Assembly (NCBI GenBank): GCA_965261345.1 | Contig: OZ253449.1 | Location: 1,856,001-1,920,000, forward strand | Length of the DNA: 64,000 nt | Reading direction: 5' to 3' | Source: Chloroflexota bacterium | GTDB lineage: Bacteria; Chloroflexota; UBA11872; VXNJ01 | Shown: piece by piece, positions 1-9,213 of the stretch | How the letters are laid out: every line of letters begins with the position of its first letter | How positions within the stretch are numbered: the first letter of the stretch is position 1 | Notes under the pieces: generated by a model | What the model was told of the DNA's origin: nothing | Seen by the model: only the letters and a program-made list of their open reading frames with translations | Database searches by the model: none | Position numbers and translations under genes: made by a program

Positions 1-2
1 GC

Positions 3-1328
3 TTATCGCCTGCCCGGTGTCGCGTCGCCGTGCGAGCTCCGCACGATCATTCGCACCACTGATCCTTCAAGCTTAAATTGGCGCCGCAGGCCGTTTTCCA
101 GAAAGCGTAGATAGGTGCGGTGGATGTGCCGTGGGTTTGAGAAAAACAGGTTGAAGGTCGGGGGATTGTTGCGCGTCTGGGTGGCGTAACGCAGACGCGA
201 CGTTTGTCCCCGAGGGCCGCGCGCGCTGCGGCGGTCGGCCAGGGCCAGCAGGCAGCGGTTGACCTGGCTGGTCGGAATCCGGCGCGAGCGATTTGTGTAG
301 ACGGTCAGCCCGTGGGTAAGGACCGCACCGACTCCGCGCCCGGTCAGCGCCGAAATCTGGGCCAACGGAGCATGGGGAATAAACCGCAGACGGACCTGCA
401 GCGAATCCTCGAATCGGTGCCAGGCGGTCACGTCGTCAACTAGCAAGTCCCACTTGTTGGCCACCATCACCACGCCACAACCGCATTCGGCGGCGAATCC
501 AACGATATGGGCGTCCTGGGCGGTTACGCCTTCGCTGGCGTCAACAACCACCAAACACACGTCGGCCCGTTCGATAGCGCGCAGTGAACGCACGACCGAA
601 TAGCGTTCAACCCCCCGGGTCACCCGACCGCGGCGGCGCAATCCGGCTGTATCGAGCAGGAGCAGTGGCCGACCGTCGAACTCGATGTGGGCGTCGACCA
701 CGTCGCGGGTAGTACCCGGGATGGGGCTGGTCAGGGCGCGATCCTGTCCCAGTAAGCGATTGAGCAGGGTCGATTTACCGGTGTTGGGGCGGCCGACGAT
801 CGCCAAGCGGGGAACGTTGGAGTCCTCCCCCTCCGGTTCGTCTTTTGGGGCGAATGTTGCAATATGGGCGAGCAGGGCGGTAATCCCGCGCCCGCGGCGC
901 GCCGATATCGGCAGCGGATCACCCAGACCGAGGCGAAAGAATTCGGGTGACAACTGATCGCGCTCGGGCGAATCGCACTTGTTGGCCAGCAGCAGGCGCG
1001 GGATTTTCGACCGGCGGACCACGTTGGCCACCGCCATGTCCTGGGCGGTAACCCCCAGCGGCGCGTCGACGACCACCAGAAGCAGATCGGCCTCCTCGAC
1101 CGCGGCCCGTGCCAGTTCGTCGGCGGCCATTGCCAACTCGTCCCGCGGATCGGCGAATAATCCGGCGGTATCCACCAGCATGAAGCGAGCGTCGCGATGG
1201 TCCACCAGACGGTATGAGCGATCGCGGGTGGTCCCCGGGCGATCTTCGATGACCGCGCTGCGCGACCCCGTTATTCGATTAAAGAGCGAGGACTTACCGA
1301 CGTTGGCGGGCCCGATGAGGGCCACCAA
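3..1328 (-). CDS. der: ribosome biogenesis GTPase Der (EngA)
   Basis: Two tandem GTPase domains (GPANVGKS/DTAG/NKCD and GRPNTGKS/DTAG/NKWD) plus KH-like C-terminus (YATQ..NPPTF, YLRFLENGLR). True start may be slightly upstream (ATA at 1361). Confidence 0.95.
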   Translation of the reverse strand: MVALIGPANVGKSSLFNRITGSRSAVIEDRPGTTRDRSYRLVDHRDARFMLVDTAGLFADPRDELAMAADELARAAVEEADLLLVVVDAPLGVTAQDMAVANVVRRSKIPRLLLANKCDSPERDQLSPEFFRLGLGDPLPISARRGRGITALLAHIATFAPKDEPEGEDSNVPRLAIVGRPNTGKSTLLNRLLGQDRALTSPIPGTTRDVVDAHIEFDGRPLLLLDTAGLRRRGRVTRGVERYSVVRSLRAIERADVCLVVVDASEGVTAQDAHIVGFAAECGCGVVMVANKWDLLVDDVTAWHRFEDSLQVRLRFIPHAPLAQISALTGRGVGAVLTHGLTVYTNRSRRIPTSQVNRCLLALADRRSARGPRGQTSRLRYATQTRNNPPTFNLFFSNPRHIHRTYLRFLENGLRRQFKLEGSVVRMIVRSSHGDATPGRR

Positions 1329-1357
1329 CGGGGCCGGCGGGCGACCTGGAACCGGGT

Positions 1358-2728
1358 CTATTGGAGTTCGCCCTCGGCCGGGAACCGACCGGAAATATCG
1401 GCGCTGGCCCCGGGGGGCAACAGAGCGGCGATTTCGCGCATGATCTTCCAGCTGGCCCAGCTCGCGGCCTGCGAACCGGTCAAGCCAGGCGGACGCCGCA
1501 GGCGAAACGGTTTGCCAAATCGTAAAACGGTTGGCACCGGGTCGGGGCAGGCGAGTTTTGACAGGTCAAGCCGTTCCATTCCCAACACCGCGGCCGGGAC
1601 CACCATCGCCCCCGAGCGCAACGCCAAGAATCCGGCCCCAGGATGCGGGGGTTGCAGGCGGGTATTGCGCGAGCGCCTGCCCTCCGGGAACACGCACACC
1701 GCCTCGCCGTCGACTAAGGCCGCAAGCGCCCGCCGCAGTCCGCCGGTATCACCTCCGTCGCGCCGGGTCGGAATCGCTCGCAAGGCACCGACCGCCCAGC
1801 CGATCAGCGGCCGTTCAAAGAGAGCATCCTTGGCCAAAAAGCGCAGGTGCCGCGGGGCGTGGTGGGCCAGGAAATTTACGTCGGCATTGTGCACGTGACG
1901 CGGAGTGATGATCACTGGCCCGCGGCTGGGCACGTTAGCGGCGCCCTCGATGCGGATCGGATCGCAGTAAAGCCGCAGGTAAACGTCGAAGAATTCGGTG
2001 ACCGCATCCATTAGCAGGGCGTTGCCAAGCGGCCAGTTATCGGAGGCCTGGCAGTTTTTCCAGGCGCGCAGGATTGCCCGGCTGACCGCACGCGCCGGCA
2101 GTTGGTCGGTGTCCAGTTGGAGGGCCCCAGATGGAACTCGCAGCGGTGAACTCGCCCGGTTGCTGTCGAAATCGTCGCGCCGATCGATCTCGGTTTGCAA
2201 CCGGGCCAGCGGCATATGCTGGCCGCCGGCGCGTCTTGCTGACCGCAATCGCTGGGCCCGCACCGCGGCATCAGCGTCCAGATAAACCTTGAGCCCGGCC
2301 TCGGGGCAAACCGTCGTGCCCGCGTCCCGCCCCAACAGCACCGCACCGCCGCCGAGGAGCCCGCGCTGCTTTGGTAAGAGTGCTGCGCGCACCGACTCCT
2401 GTCGGGCAATTAACGGTACGGCTCGCTCGACCTGGTCCAGGTAGAGGTGGGCGCTCGTCGACGGCAGGCCGTGAACCAGCCGGCGACCGTTGATGCGCAA
2501 GGTTGGCCGTGGCCCGTTGCCAAGCGTGACCTGTAGGCTGGCGGCGTATTGAGTGGCCGCCGGTCCCTGGCCTGGGTCGCCGCTGGCCCTTAGGCATTCG
2601 TAGGCGACCGCACGGTAGATGAGGCCGGTATCGATCAGTGGTAGGCCCAGGCGATTGGCTACCGTTCGCCCGACCGTGGTCTTACCCGACCCTGATGGGC
2701 CGTCGATGGTAATGATCGGGTTCGGCAT
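1358..2728 (-). CDS. cmk: cytidylate kinase fused to 1-acyl-sn-glycerol-3-phosphate acyltransferase (Cmk-PlsC)
   Basis: N-terminal ITIDGPSGSGKTT, DTGLIYRA, GRDAGT (Cmk). C-terminal HVHNAD (HxxxxD), FPEGRRS (PlsC). Start placed at ATG 2728 (MPNPII). Confidence 0.88.
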   Translation of the reverse strand: MPNPIITIDGPSGSGKTTVGRTVANRLGLPLIDTGLIYRAVAYECLRASGDPGQGPAATQYAASLQVTLGNGPRPTLRINGRRLVHGLPSTSAHLYLDQVERAVPLIARQESVRAALLPKQRGLLGGGAVLLGRDAGTTVCPEAGLKVYLDADAAVRAQRLRSARRAGGQHMPLARLQTEIDRRDDFDSNRASSPLRVPSGALQLDTDQLPARAVSRAILRAWKNCQASDNWPLGNALLMDAVTEFFDVYLRLYCDPIRIEGAANVPSRGPVIITPRHVHNADVNFLAHHAPRHLRFLAKDALFERPLIGWAVGALRAIPTRRDGGDTGGLRRALAALVDGEAVCVFPEGRRSRNTRLQPPHPGAGFLALRSGAMVVPAAVLGMERLDLSKLACPDPVPTVLRFGKPFRLRRPPGLTGSQAASWASWKIMREIAALLPPGASADISGRFPAEGELQ

Positions 2729-2852
2729 CTGCTCTGGCTTCCAAGAACTTTTTGTAATTCGCAGCGGGGTGGCCCTGATTTTCCCAAGCCGCGCCTCAAT
2801 TCGATTCATCGAAGCGCCAAATATCATTGCCCTGAGTGATATACGCATCTTG

Positions 2853-4472
2853 GTGGCGCAATTGCAGTCCAATGTTTCGCGCGAAATAGCGCGCTATCTA
2901 CGGGGTCTTGGCGTACAGCGCGCCTACGGACTGCCCGGCGGCGAAGTCACCCACATAATCGACGCCATGGTGGCGGCGGGAATCGAATGGGTGCTGGTTC
3001 ACCATGAAGCGGCGGGAGCGCACATGGCCGACGCTGAATCGCAGCTGACCGGACGCCCGGCGGTCTGCGTATCGACGGTCGGACCGGGCGCGACCAATCT
3101 GGTAAACGGGGTCGCCAACAGCTTTCTGGAACGGAGCCCGGTAATCGCCTTGGTCGGCGAATTTGACGACGCCGAGCGGGCGACCACCGTTCACATGAAC
3201 GTCGATCTGCGGGCCCTGTTCGACCCGATCAGCGCCTATGTTGAGCGCGTCGACGCCGGCAACCTGGCCACGGTTTTGGCCCATACCGACAATGCCCTAC
3301 GAGCGCCGGTTCCCGGACCGGTGGCGTTGTTGATTTCAGCCCGTGACCAACGCCGCCCGGTTGACCAGTTGCAGCTGCCCGGTCCGGTCAGTGCGACCAC
3401 GCCCAAATCGGGTGCTGGCGAATTGGGCCGCCAATTTCGCAATGCCAGCGGTGCCAGTCTGGTGCTTGGCGTAGGCGCCCGGGAAAACGGATTGATCGAT
3501 GCGGTCCGGACCCTGGCGGCGGCCCATGATTTGCCGGTGGTAATTACACCCAAGGCCAAGGGTTGGATGCCAAGTGACGACCCCCGGTTTGGCGGAGTGT
3601 TGGCCTCATATGGTTCAAGCGGAGCCGAGCACCTGCTGGCCGAGTCCGATCTGATCGTAGCCGTCGGCCTTGATGGCACCGACCTAATCCGCCCCTGGAG
3701 ATTCGCCGCGCCGCTGCGATTGGGGGTCGCTGATCGCTACGATCAATCGGTCCCGGGTCGGCAGTTGATCTGCGACCCGCTGTTGACCCTGAGCGAATTG
3801 TGCGAGGTTGAATTACCTAGCTTCGGCGGCCTGGGGCGGGCCGCCGGCGCGCGCGCCGCCGCCGAGTGTGCCCGCACCACCGGCACGCTGGCGGCGCGCG
3901 CGTTGCCCGAGCATATGCACGGCGGGCTGGACCCAATCGATGCCCTGCGGGCGATCCGCCGGGCAGCCCCGCGGGAGGCGATTGCCACCTGCGATGTAGG
4001 GATGTTCAAGCTGGCAATATGCCAGTACTGGGACTCCTACCAGCCTGGCTCCTTTCTGGTCTCCAATGGGTTATCGACGATGGCCTACGGCCTGCCGGCG
4101 GCCAGCGCGGCGGCCTTGGCCCGGCCCGGACACCCGGTCGTCGCGCTGCTCGGCGACGGCGGACTGCTGATGGGAGCGGGCGAACTGGAGACTCTTTCCA
4201 GGCTGGATCTGCCGGTCACCGTGCTGGTGGCGGTCGATTCCTCAATGGCGCTAATTCGGCTCAAGGCCGAGGTGGACGGCCTGATCGAACAACCCAACGA
4301 CTTTCGGCCGGTTGACTATGTGGCGCTGGCCCGGTCGATGGGATTGGGTGGCCGACGGGTGAAAGACCTTGACCAGCTGCAGGCGGCGGTGGTGGACGGA
4401 ATCGCCGGAAATCGGCCGAATCTGATCGAGTTTCCGGTCGACTACTCGATCTACCGGAATATGGGCGGGTAA
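2853..4472 (+). CDS. thiamine diphosphate-dependent enzyme, acetolactate synthase-like family
   Basis: YGLPGG, HHEAAG catalytic Glu, GPGATN, SNGLSTMAYGLP, GDGG motif. Start approximate (TTG 2850 / GTG 2853). Confidence 0.85.
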   Translation: MAQLQSNVSREIARYLRGLGVQRAYGLPGGEVTHIIDAMVAAGIEWVLVHHEAAGAHMADAESQLTGRPAVCVSTVGPGATNLVNGVANSFLERSPVIALVGEFDDAERATTVHMNVDLRALFDPISAYVERVDAGNLATVLAHTDNALRAPVPGPVALLISARDQRRPVDQLQLPGPVSATTPKSGAGELGRQFRNASGASLVLGVGARENGLIDAVRTLAAAHDLPVVITPKAKGWMPSDDPRFGGVLASYGSSGAEHLLAESDLIVAVGLDGTDLIRPWRFAAPLRLGVADRYDQSVPGRQLICDPLLTLSELCEVELPSFGGLGRAAGARAAAECARTTGTLAARALPEHMHGGLDPIDALRAIRRAAPREAIATCDVGMFKLAICQYWDSYQPGSFLVSNGLSTMAYGLPAASAAALARPGHPVVALLGDGGLLMGAGELETLSRLDLPVTVLVAVDSSMALIRLKAEVDGLIEQPNDFRPVDYVALARSMGLGGRRVKDLDQLQAAVVDGIAGNRPNLIEFPVDYSIYRNMGG

Positions 4473-4512
4473 GCGCCCCCGGGGGCGGCCTAACGCGGCC
4501 GCGCCGGCTGCC

Positions 4513-6462
4513 ATGAACAATTTCCCCGCGTCGAGGGCAACGGTTGCGCCTGAATCGCCCACCCGGCTTCTGGCAAGGGTGGCAGCAGTCGGCCTGGCGT
4601 TGGTGCTCGCCCTGCTGATTGGACCAGGGCCGGTCGGTGCCAATTCGAAAATTGCCTACGATCCTGACCTGCGCATCCGCTTTGAGGGAGTCGGCAACGG
4701 TCACGGAGTCGGCATGTCGCAATGGGGGGCCTACGGCCGGGCGCTGGCCGGCCAGAGAGCCGACGAAATAATCCACGCCTACTACACCGACGTGGCAATT
4801 GAACAGCGCAACCTGGACGAGCAGGAGATCCGCGTCCTGGTATCCAGCGGCTATCGCGCCCCCGCAGTTGATGCTTCGTACGCTGGAACCGGCGGCCTGC
4901 GCGGGCAGATATTTGCGTGGGGCGGACCTTGGGAAATCGCCGGATTGACGGTGCCGATCGAGGCCGGCGGCCGGATTGAGCTGTTGTCATATCCCGGGGA
5001 GGCCAAGTATCTGGTGCAGGTATTTAATTCAGGCAACGTGCAATTGAGCCAGTTCGAGATGTACCGCTGGATCCGTATCAGGCCGCTTTCGCCGGCGACC
5101 ACCTTCCAGGTGTGGTACAAGGAAACCGCCCCGGTACCAGGAGGCGCGGGCGCGATCTATTACGATGTCTATCGTGGTGGCCTGCGTCTGATCGTCCGCG
5201 GCGACGGAACCGTCGACACCGTCAACGAAGTACCGATCGAGCAGTACCTGCGCGGGGTTGTCCCGGTAGAGGTAGTCCACGACTGGCCGATCGAAGCGAT
5301 TAAGGCCCAGGCCATGGCTGCGCGGACCTTCGCCCTGGACCGGATCGCTGGCGGCGGGGTTGACTGGGATACTGGCGATACGGTCTTCTCCCAGGCATAT
5401 CTGGGCGCCAACGCCGAGCAGGAAAACACCGATCTTGCGGTCAGCGACACCAGGGGTCTGGTAATAACCCACGCCGGATTGCCGATCAACGCGCTCTATT
5501 TTTCGAGCTTTGGCGGTCGCACCGAGAATTCCGAAGAAGTTTTCGGCGGGGCCGAACCCTGGCTCCGATCGCGTTCCGATCTGGATGAAAACGGACAGCC
5601 ATTTGACGCGGTGGGCCCCTGGGGAAGCTGGTCGACGCCGGAATTTCCAATGTCGCAGTTGGCGCAGGCGTTTGCCCAGAAATCCAATACCGACGTCGGG
5701 GAGTTGGTTGCGGTCGACTTTTCCGACCGATCGTCGTCGGGTGCGGTGCGCAATGTAACGATCACCGGCAGCCTGCGTGAAATCGTGGTGACTGGCGAGT
5801 TTTTCATCCAGGTCTTCAATGTGCGGACAGCCCGTTCATCCGGGATCCTCTACAGCCACAATTTCGAAGCTGTGCTGCCCGAACAGCCCCCGCCGGTCGT
5901 CGGACCGGGCCCCAGTCCGGCGCTGGGCCCAACAATTCCAGGCGGCGCCTATTTCTATCCGCAGACCGGCCATTGGATTGGCGGGCCGATATTGGACTTC
6001 TATCTAGGCAATGGCGGGGTCGCAGCATTCGGCCTGCCGCTGACCGGGCAATTGCCTGAGCATGGACGGATAGTTCAGTACTTTGAAAAGGCGCGGATTG
6101 AATTGCCGCCGGGCCCGGCCGCCGGGCCCGGCGGCATAACCCTGGGGCTATTGAGCCAGGAACTTCTCGGGGAAACAGAATTCGTCCCAGATTTGCGGCC
6201 ACTGGGTGAAGGGGACCTGCGGTTTGCCGAAACGGGCTTTAGCGTGCGCGGCGTTTTGCGCCAATTTTTCAACGACAACGGCGGGGTTTTTCGCTTTGGC
6301 TACCCGATTTCGCCCAGTTACCAATCCGGCCGGCTCACAGTGCAGCACTTCCAGCGGGCGACCATCAATTTCCCTTCCGATCGAGAGGATCTTATGGCCG
6401 TTACCAACGTTGGTTCACAGCTGCTGCAACAGCGCGGCTGGTTCGGCGGGTTGCCCGCCTAG
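4513..6462 (+). CDS. SpoIID/LytB domain lytic transglycosylase-like protein with C-terminal Chloroflexi-type surface repeats
   Basis: Signal/TM segment, GHGVGMSQWGA, YLRGVVPVE, EAIKAQAMAART, SQAYLG, Pro-rich linker, then two 'ETG/QTG..F...GG...FGxP..VQxF' repeats. Confidence 0.85.
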   Translation: MNNFPASRATVAPESPTRLLARVAAVGLALVLALLIGPGPVGANSKIAYDPDLRIRFEGVGNGHGVGMSQWGAYGRALAGQRADEIIHAYYTDVAIEQRNLDEQEIRVLVSSGYRAPAVDASYAGTGGLRGQIFAWGGPWEIAGLTVPIEAGGRIELLSYPGEAKYLVQVFNSGNVQLSQFEMYRWIRIRPLSPATTFQVWYKETAPVPGGAGAIYYDVYRGGLRLIVRGDGTVDTVNEVPIEQYLRGVVPVEVVHDWPIEAIKAQAMAARTFALDRIAGGGVDWDTGDTVFSQAYLGANAEQENTDLAVSDTRGLVITHAGLPINALYFSSFGGRTENSEEVFGGAEPWLRSRSDLDENGQPFDAVGPWGSWSTPEFPMSQLAQAFAQKSNTDVGELVAVDFSDRSSSGAVRNVTITGSLREIVVTGEFFIQVFNVRTARSSGILYSHNFEAVLPEQPPPVVGPGPSPALGPTIPGGAYFYPQTGHWIGGPILDFYLGNGGVAAFGLPLTGQLPEHGRIVQYFEKARIELPPGPAAGPGGITLGLLSQELLGETEFVPDLRPLGEGDLRFAETGFSVRGVLRQFFNDNGGVFRFGYPISPSYQSGRLTVQHFQRATINFPSDREDLMAVTNVGSQLLQQRGWFGGLPA

Positions 6463-7577
6463 ACGTAGTCGGCTATCGGTGTGGCCACCAGGGCGTGGTC
6501 GGGAATACTGGTCTCGTGGCTTCCCTGGGCAGGATATTTGAAGACCTTGCCCTCGTAGTTGACCAGCGTGGCGTATTCGGAGTCGAGATTGACTAGGCGG
6601 TTGGGGGCAACCGTCATCTTGCCGCCCCCGCCGGGGGCGTCGATTACGAATTTGGGCACCGCAAATCCGGTGATGTTTCCCTGCAGGTGATTGATGATGT
6701 CGAGCCCGGTCTGGATGCTGGTGCGGAAATGGTGGGTTCCCTTGACCAGGTCGGCCTGGTAGAGGTAGTAGGGCTTCACCCGCATCTTGAGCAGTCCAAG
6801 CATCAATTCCTTCATAACCGCGGGGTCGTCGTTGACACCCTTTAACAAGACCGTTTGGCACCCCAGCGGCACCCCGGCGTCGGCCAACCGGGTGCAGGCG
6901 GCATGGGCTTGGGCGGTCAATTCGCGCGGGTGGTTAAAGTGCGTATTTACGTAGAGCGGGTGGTATTTGCGCAATATGTCGCACAGCTCGGGAGTTATTC
7001 GGGCGGGCAATACGCAAGGCAGTTTCGATCCGATTCGAATCACCTCGATGCTCGGAATCGCCCGCAGATTGGAAAGAATGCGGTCCAGGTGCTGATCTGA
7101 AAGCAGCAGCGGGTCGCCGCCCGAGAGCAGCACGTCGCGTACCTCGGGATGTCCGCGCAGGTACTCGAATACCGCTTCCATTTCCGACCAGCGCGGGACC
7201 GGGTATTTGCCGACCTTGCGCTTGCGGGTACAGAAGCGGCAGTAAATGGCACAGGTGTAGGTGACCGTGAACAGGACGCGGTCGGGGTAGCGGTGGGTAA
7301 GGTGCGGAACCGGACTGTCGTCGCCGTCCTCGCCGAGTGCATCCTCCATGTAATAGGTGGGATCATCCAATTCCGCTTTGGAAGGAATGACCTGCTTCCA
7401 GATCGGGTCGTCGCGCTCTTGAATTAGCGCACTGTAGTAGGCGTTGGAGAAAAACGGGTAAAGCTTGCGAATGGAATCCACTTCATCAGATTCAAGGCCG
7501 TCGGCGCCGGGAACGTCCTGCCCACGCCGTAGGCTCTGGCGCATCTCCTGCTTCCACTGGGGAGCTGCTTTGATCAA
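6459..7577 (-). CDS. kamA: lysine 2,3-aminomutase (KamA family radical SAM/PLP enzyme)
   Basis: LTHRYPDRVL, CAIYCRFC (CxxxCxxC), SGGDPL, THFNHP, QTVLLKGVND, DAPGGGGK (PLP lysine). Confidence 0.9.
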   Translation of the reverse strand: MIKAAPQWKQEMRQSLRRGQDVPGADGLESDEVDSIRKLYPFFSNAYYSALIQERDDPIWKQVIPSKAELDDPTYYMEDALGEDGDDSPVPHLTHRYPDRVLFTVTYTCAIYCRFCTRKRKVGKYPVPRWSEMEAVFEYLRGHPEVRDVLLSGGDPLLLSDQHLDRILSNLRAIPSIEVIRIGSKLPCVLPARITPELCDILRKYHPLYVNTHFNHPRELTAQAHAACTRLADAGVPLGCQTVLLKGVNDDPAVMKELMLGLLKMRVKPYYLYQADLVKGTHHFRTSIQTGLDIINHLQGNITGFAVPKFVIDAPGGGGKMTVAPNRLVNLDSEYATLVNYEGKVFKYPAQGSHETSIPDHALVATPIADYV

Positions 7578-7676
7578 TTAGGGCCTGCTTTTGCGGATTG
7601 GGCCAGGGAGGTCGGCGGTCGGCATATGGTGCACCGCATGGAACCGGCAACTTGTAATTTTCGCCAAATCCGCTGC

Positions 7677-9131
7677 CTACAACGGCGATTGCGGATCGAT
7701 CGCTACCGGTGCCATGACCGCGTCGGCCATCCCATGCAGGATCTTGGACGAATCGGGGCAGGCGGTGGCCAAAATGCCGCAAAACGTAACCTTCTGTCCG
7801 TCATCGATGTAATACGGCGAGAAACGCGATCGGACCCGGGCCCGCCGCAGCGTGTTGTGGCTCCGGTCAAACCAATCAACCTCGAAGCGCCGGCTGGCCA
7901 AATAGGGCTGAAGAACGTGTGGGGACCGGGCGAAGCTGTCTTGGGCCAGGGCAAGCGATTCGGCCCACTGCTCGGCCGGCACGTCGTGACCGATGGTCAC
8001 CCCGCGCGAGCCCCAAGCCTGGGGCGAATAACCGGACGGTTTGAGCACCAACCTTCGCTGGCGCTGGGTCGCGGCGGCCAATTCGCCCCAGCGGCGGACC
8101 TTGAGCGACCCGCATTGCAGCGGTGGGTCGATCGCCGCAAACGGCGGCAGCGGAGTCGGGTCGACTACCCACGTTGGCGGGAGATGACTGGCCAGGATCG
8201 CGTGTCGCTCACGGCCGAGCTGGGTTTGCCAAAAATTGCGCAATCCGGGATTGTGGAATAGCGCCAACAGCATCTTTTCTTCCAGCGGCGCCCGCGGCGG
8301 CGGCGTGATTGCGACAGCGCGCGCCTGCATCGCCGCCAGCATCTGGTCGGTCCCGGGTATGTTTTCCAGATCGAAGAGTTCGAAAAATCGGTAGATAATA
8401 TCCACTTGCTGGCACGCCCCGCGGTGCTCCAGCGTTACGCCGCTCCCCGGGTAGCCTAATTCTTCGGGGGCGGCCAGCGCGCAGCGCAGGCCCAACCGGC
8501 CAAGCTCGCTGGCCAGGGCGGCCATCTCCGGCCGGTAGGCTGCCGATTCATCCGAGACTACGAAGGCTACAAAAGGGTCCGGGCCGGGGGCCTGTCGCTG
8601 CAGCGCGTCTTTTAGGGTTTGGGCCAGCGGGGCGCCGGCGGTGCTCAACCCGGCGGCCTGATACCCGGCCCGCAGCGATTGCAATACGCCCAACCCACCG
8701 GGGACCGAATCCAGTTCGGTGGCAATGATCGATCCGTCTTCGGCCAACATCAGGTCGGGGCGAATGACCATAGGAAATTTCCCTCGCAGGCGGTTGCGGC
8801 GTGCCAGCGAGACCACCTTGTCGTCCTTACCGGCATCGAGCAAACGAGCTGGCCAGGCGGGGAGATTGCCACGCACGCTGTCCTGATACAAGCGACCGGC
8901 GGCGCGATAGAAAGCGGCCAGGTGTTCGCCCAGACCGGCGATCGTTTCCAGGGTAGCCGACGAGATTCCGATTGGGCGCGGCGAGAGCCGAAATGGGGCT
9001 CGGTTGGCGCCATCGGCGATCCCGGTCTCGCCGTAGAGCCCGCTGGCGGGCAGCGATTGATCGAGATCGGCGACCAATTCGCCGGGCGACCGACAGGCTG
9101 GCGCGGGGCTAGTCTGCCGCAAAAATATCAA
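7677..9131 (-). CDS. glutathionylspermidine-synthetase-like / circularly permuted ATP-grasp ligase
   Basis: RPDL...ELDSVPGG (RxD...ExN-like), IYRFFE, EEKMLLA, VLKPSG..WGSRGV.IG, VLQPY. Confidence 0.65.
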   Translation of the reverse strand: MIFLRQTSPAPACRSPGELVADLDQSLPASGLYGETGIADGANRAPFRLSPRPIGISSATLETIAGLGEHLAAFYRAAGRLYQDSVRGNLPAWPARLLDAGKDDKVVSLARRNRLRGKFPMVIRPDLMLAEDGSIIATELDSVPGGLGVLQSLRAGYQAAGLSTAGAPLAQTLKDALQRQAPGPDPFVAFVVSDESAAYRPEMAALASELGRLGLRCALAAPEELGYPGSGVTLEHRGACQQVDIIYRFFELFDLENIPGTDQMLAAMQARAVAITPPPRAPLEEKMLLALFHNPGLRNFWQTQLGRERHAILASHLPPTWVVDPTPLPPFAAIDPPLQCGSLKVRRWGELAAATQRQRRLVLKPSGYSPQAWGSRGVTIGHDVPAEQWAESLALAQDSFARSPHVLQPYLASRRFEVDWFDRSHNTLRRARVRSRFSPYYIDDGQKVTFCGILATACPDSSKILHGMADAVMAPVAIDPQSPL

Positions 9132-9183
9132 ATCCTACAGAGGCAACTGGCAATTTGCCAACCGGATTGTATTCGCTTGCTAG

Positions 9184-9213
9184 TTGAGGCTGACGTCCGC
9201 GATCGCCGATAAT
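9184..9213 (+). promoter_or_regulatory. putative sigma70 promoter of the exporter operon
   Basis: TTGAGG (9184-9189), 18-nt spacer, GATAAT (9208-9213). Confidence 0.35.

Noticed and set aside
2619-2872. Overlapping N-terminal extensions of cmk and the ThDP enzyme ORFs
   Set aside because: Homology begins at 2728 (-) and ~2853 (+); the gap is a divergent promoter region.
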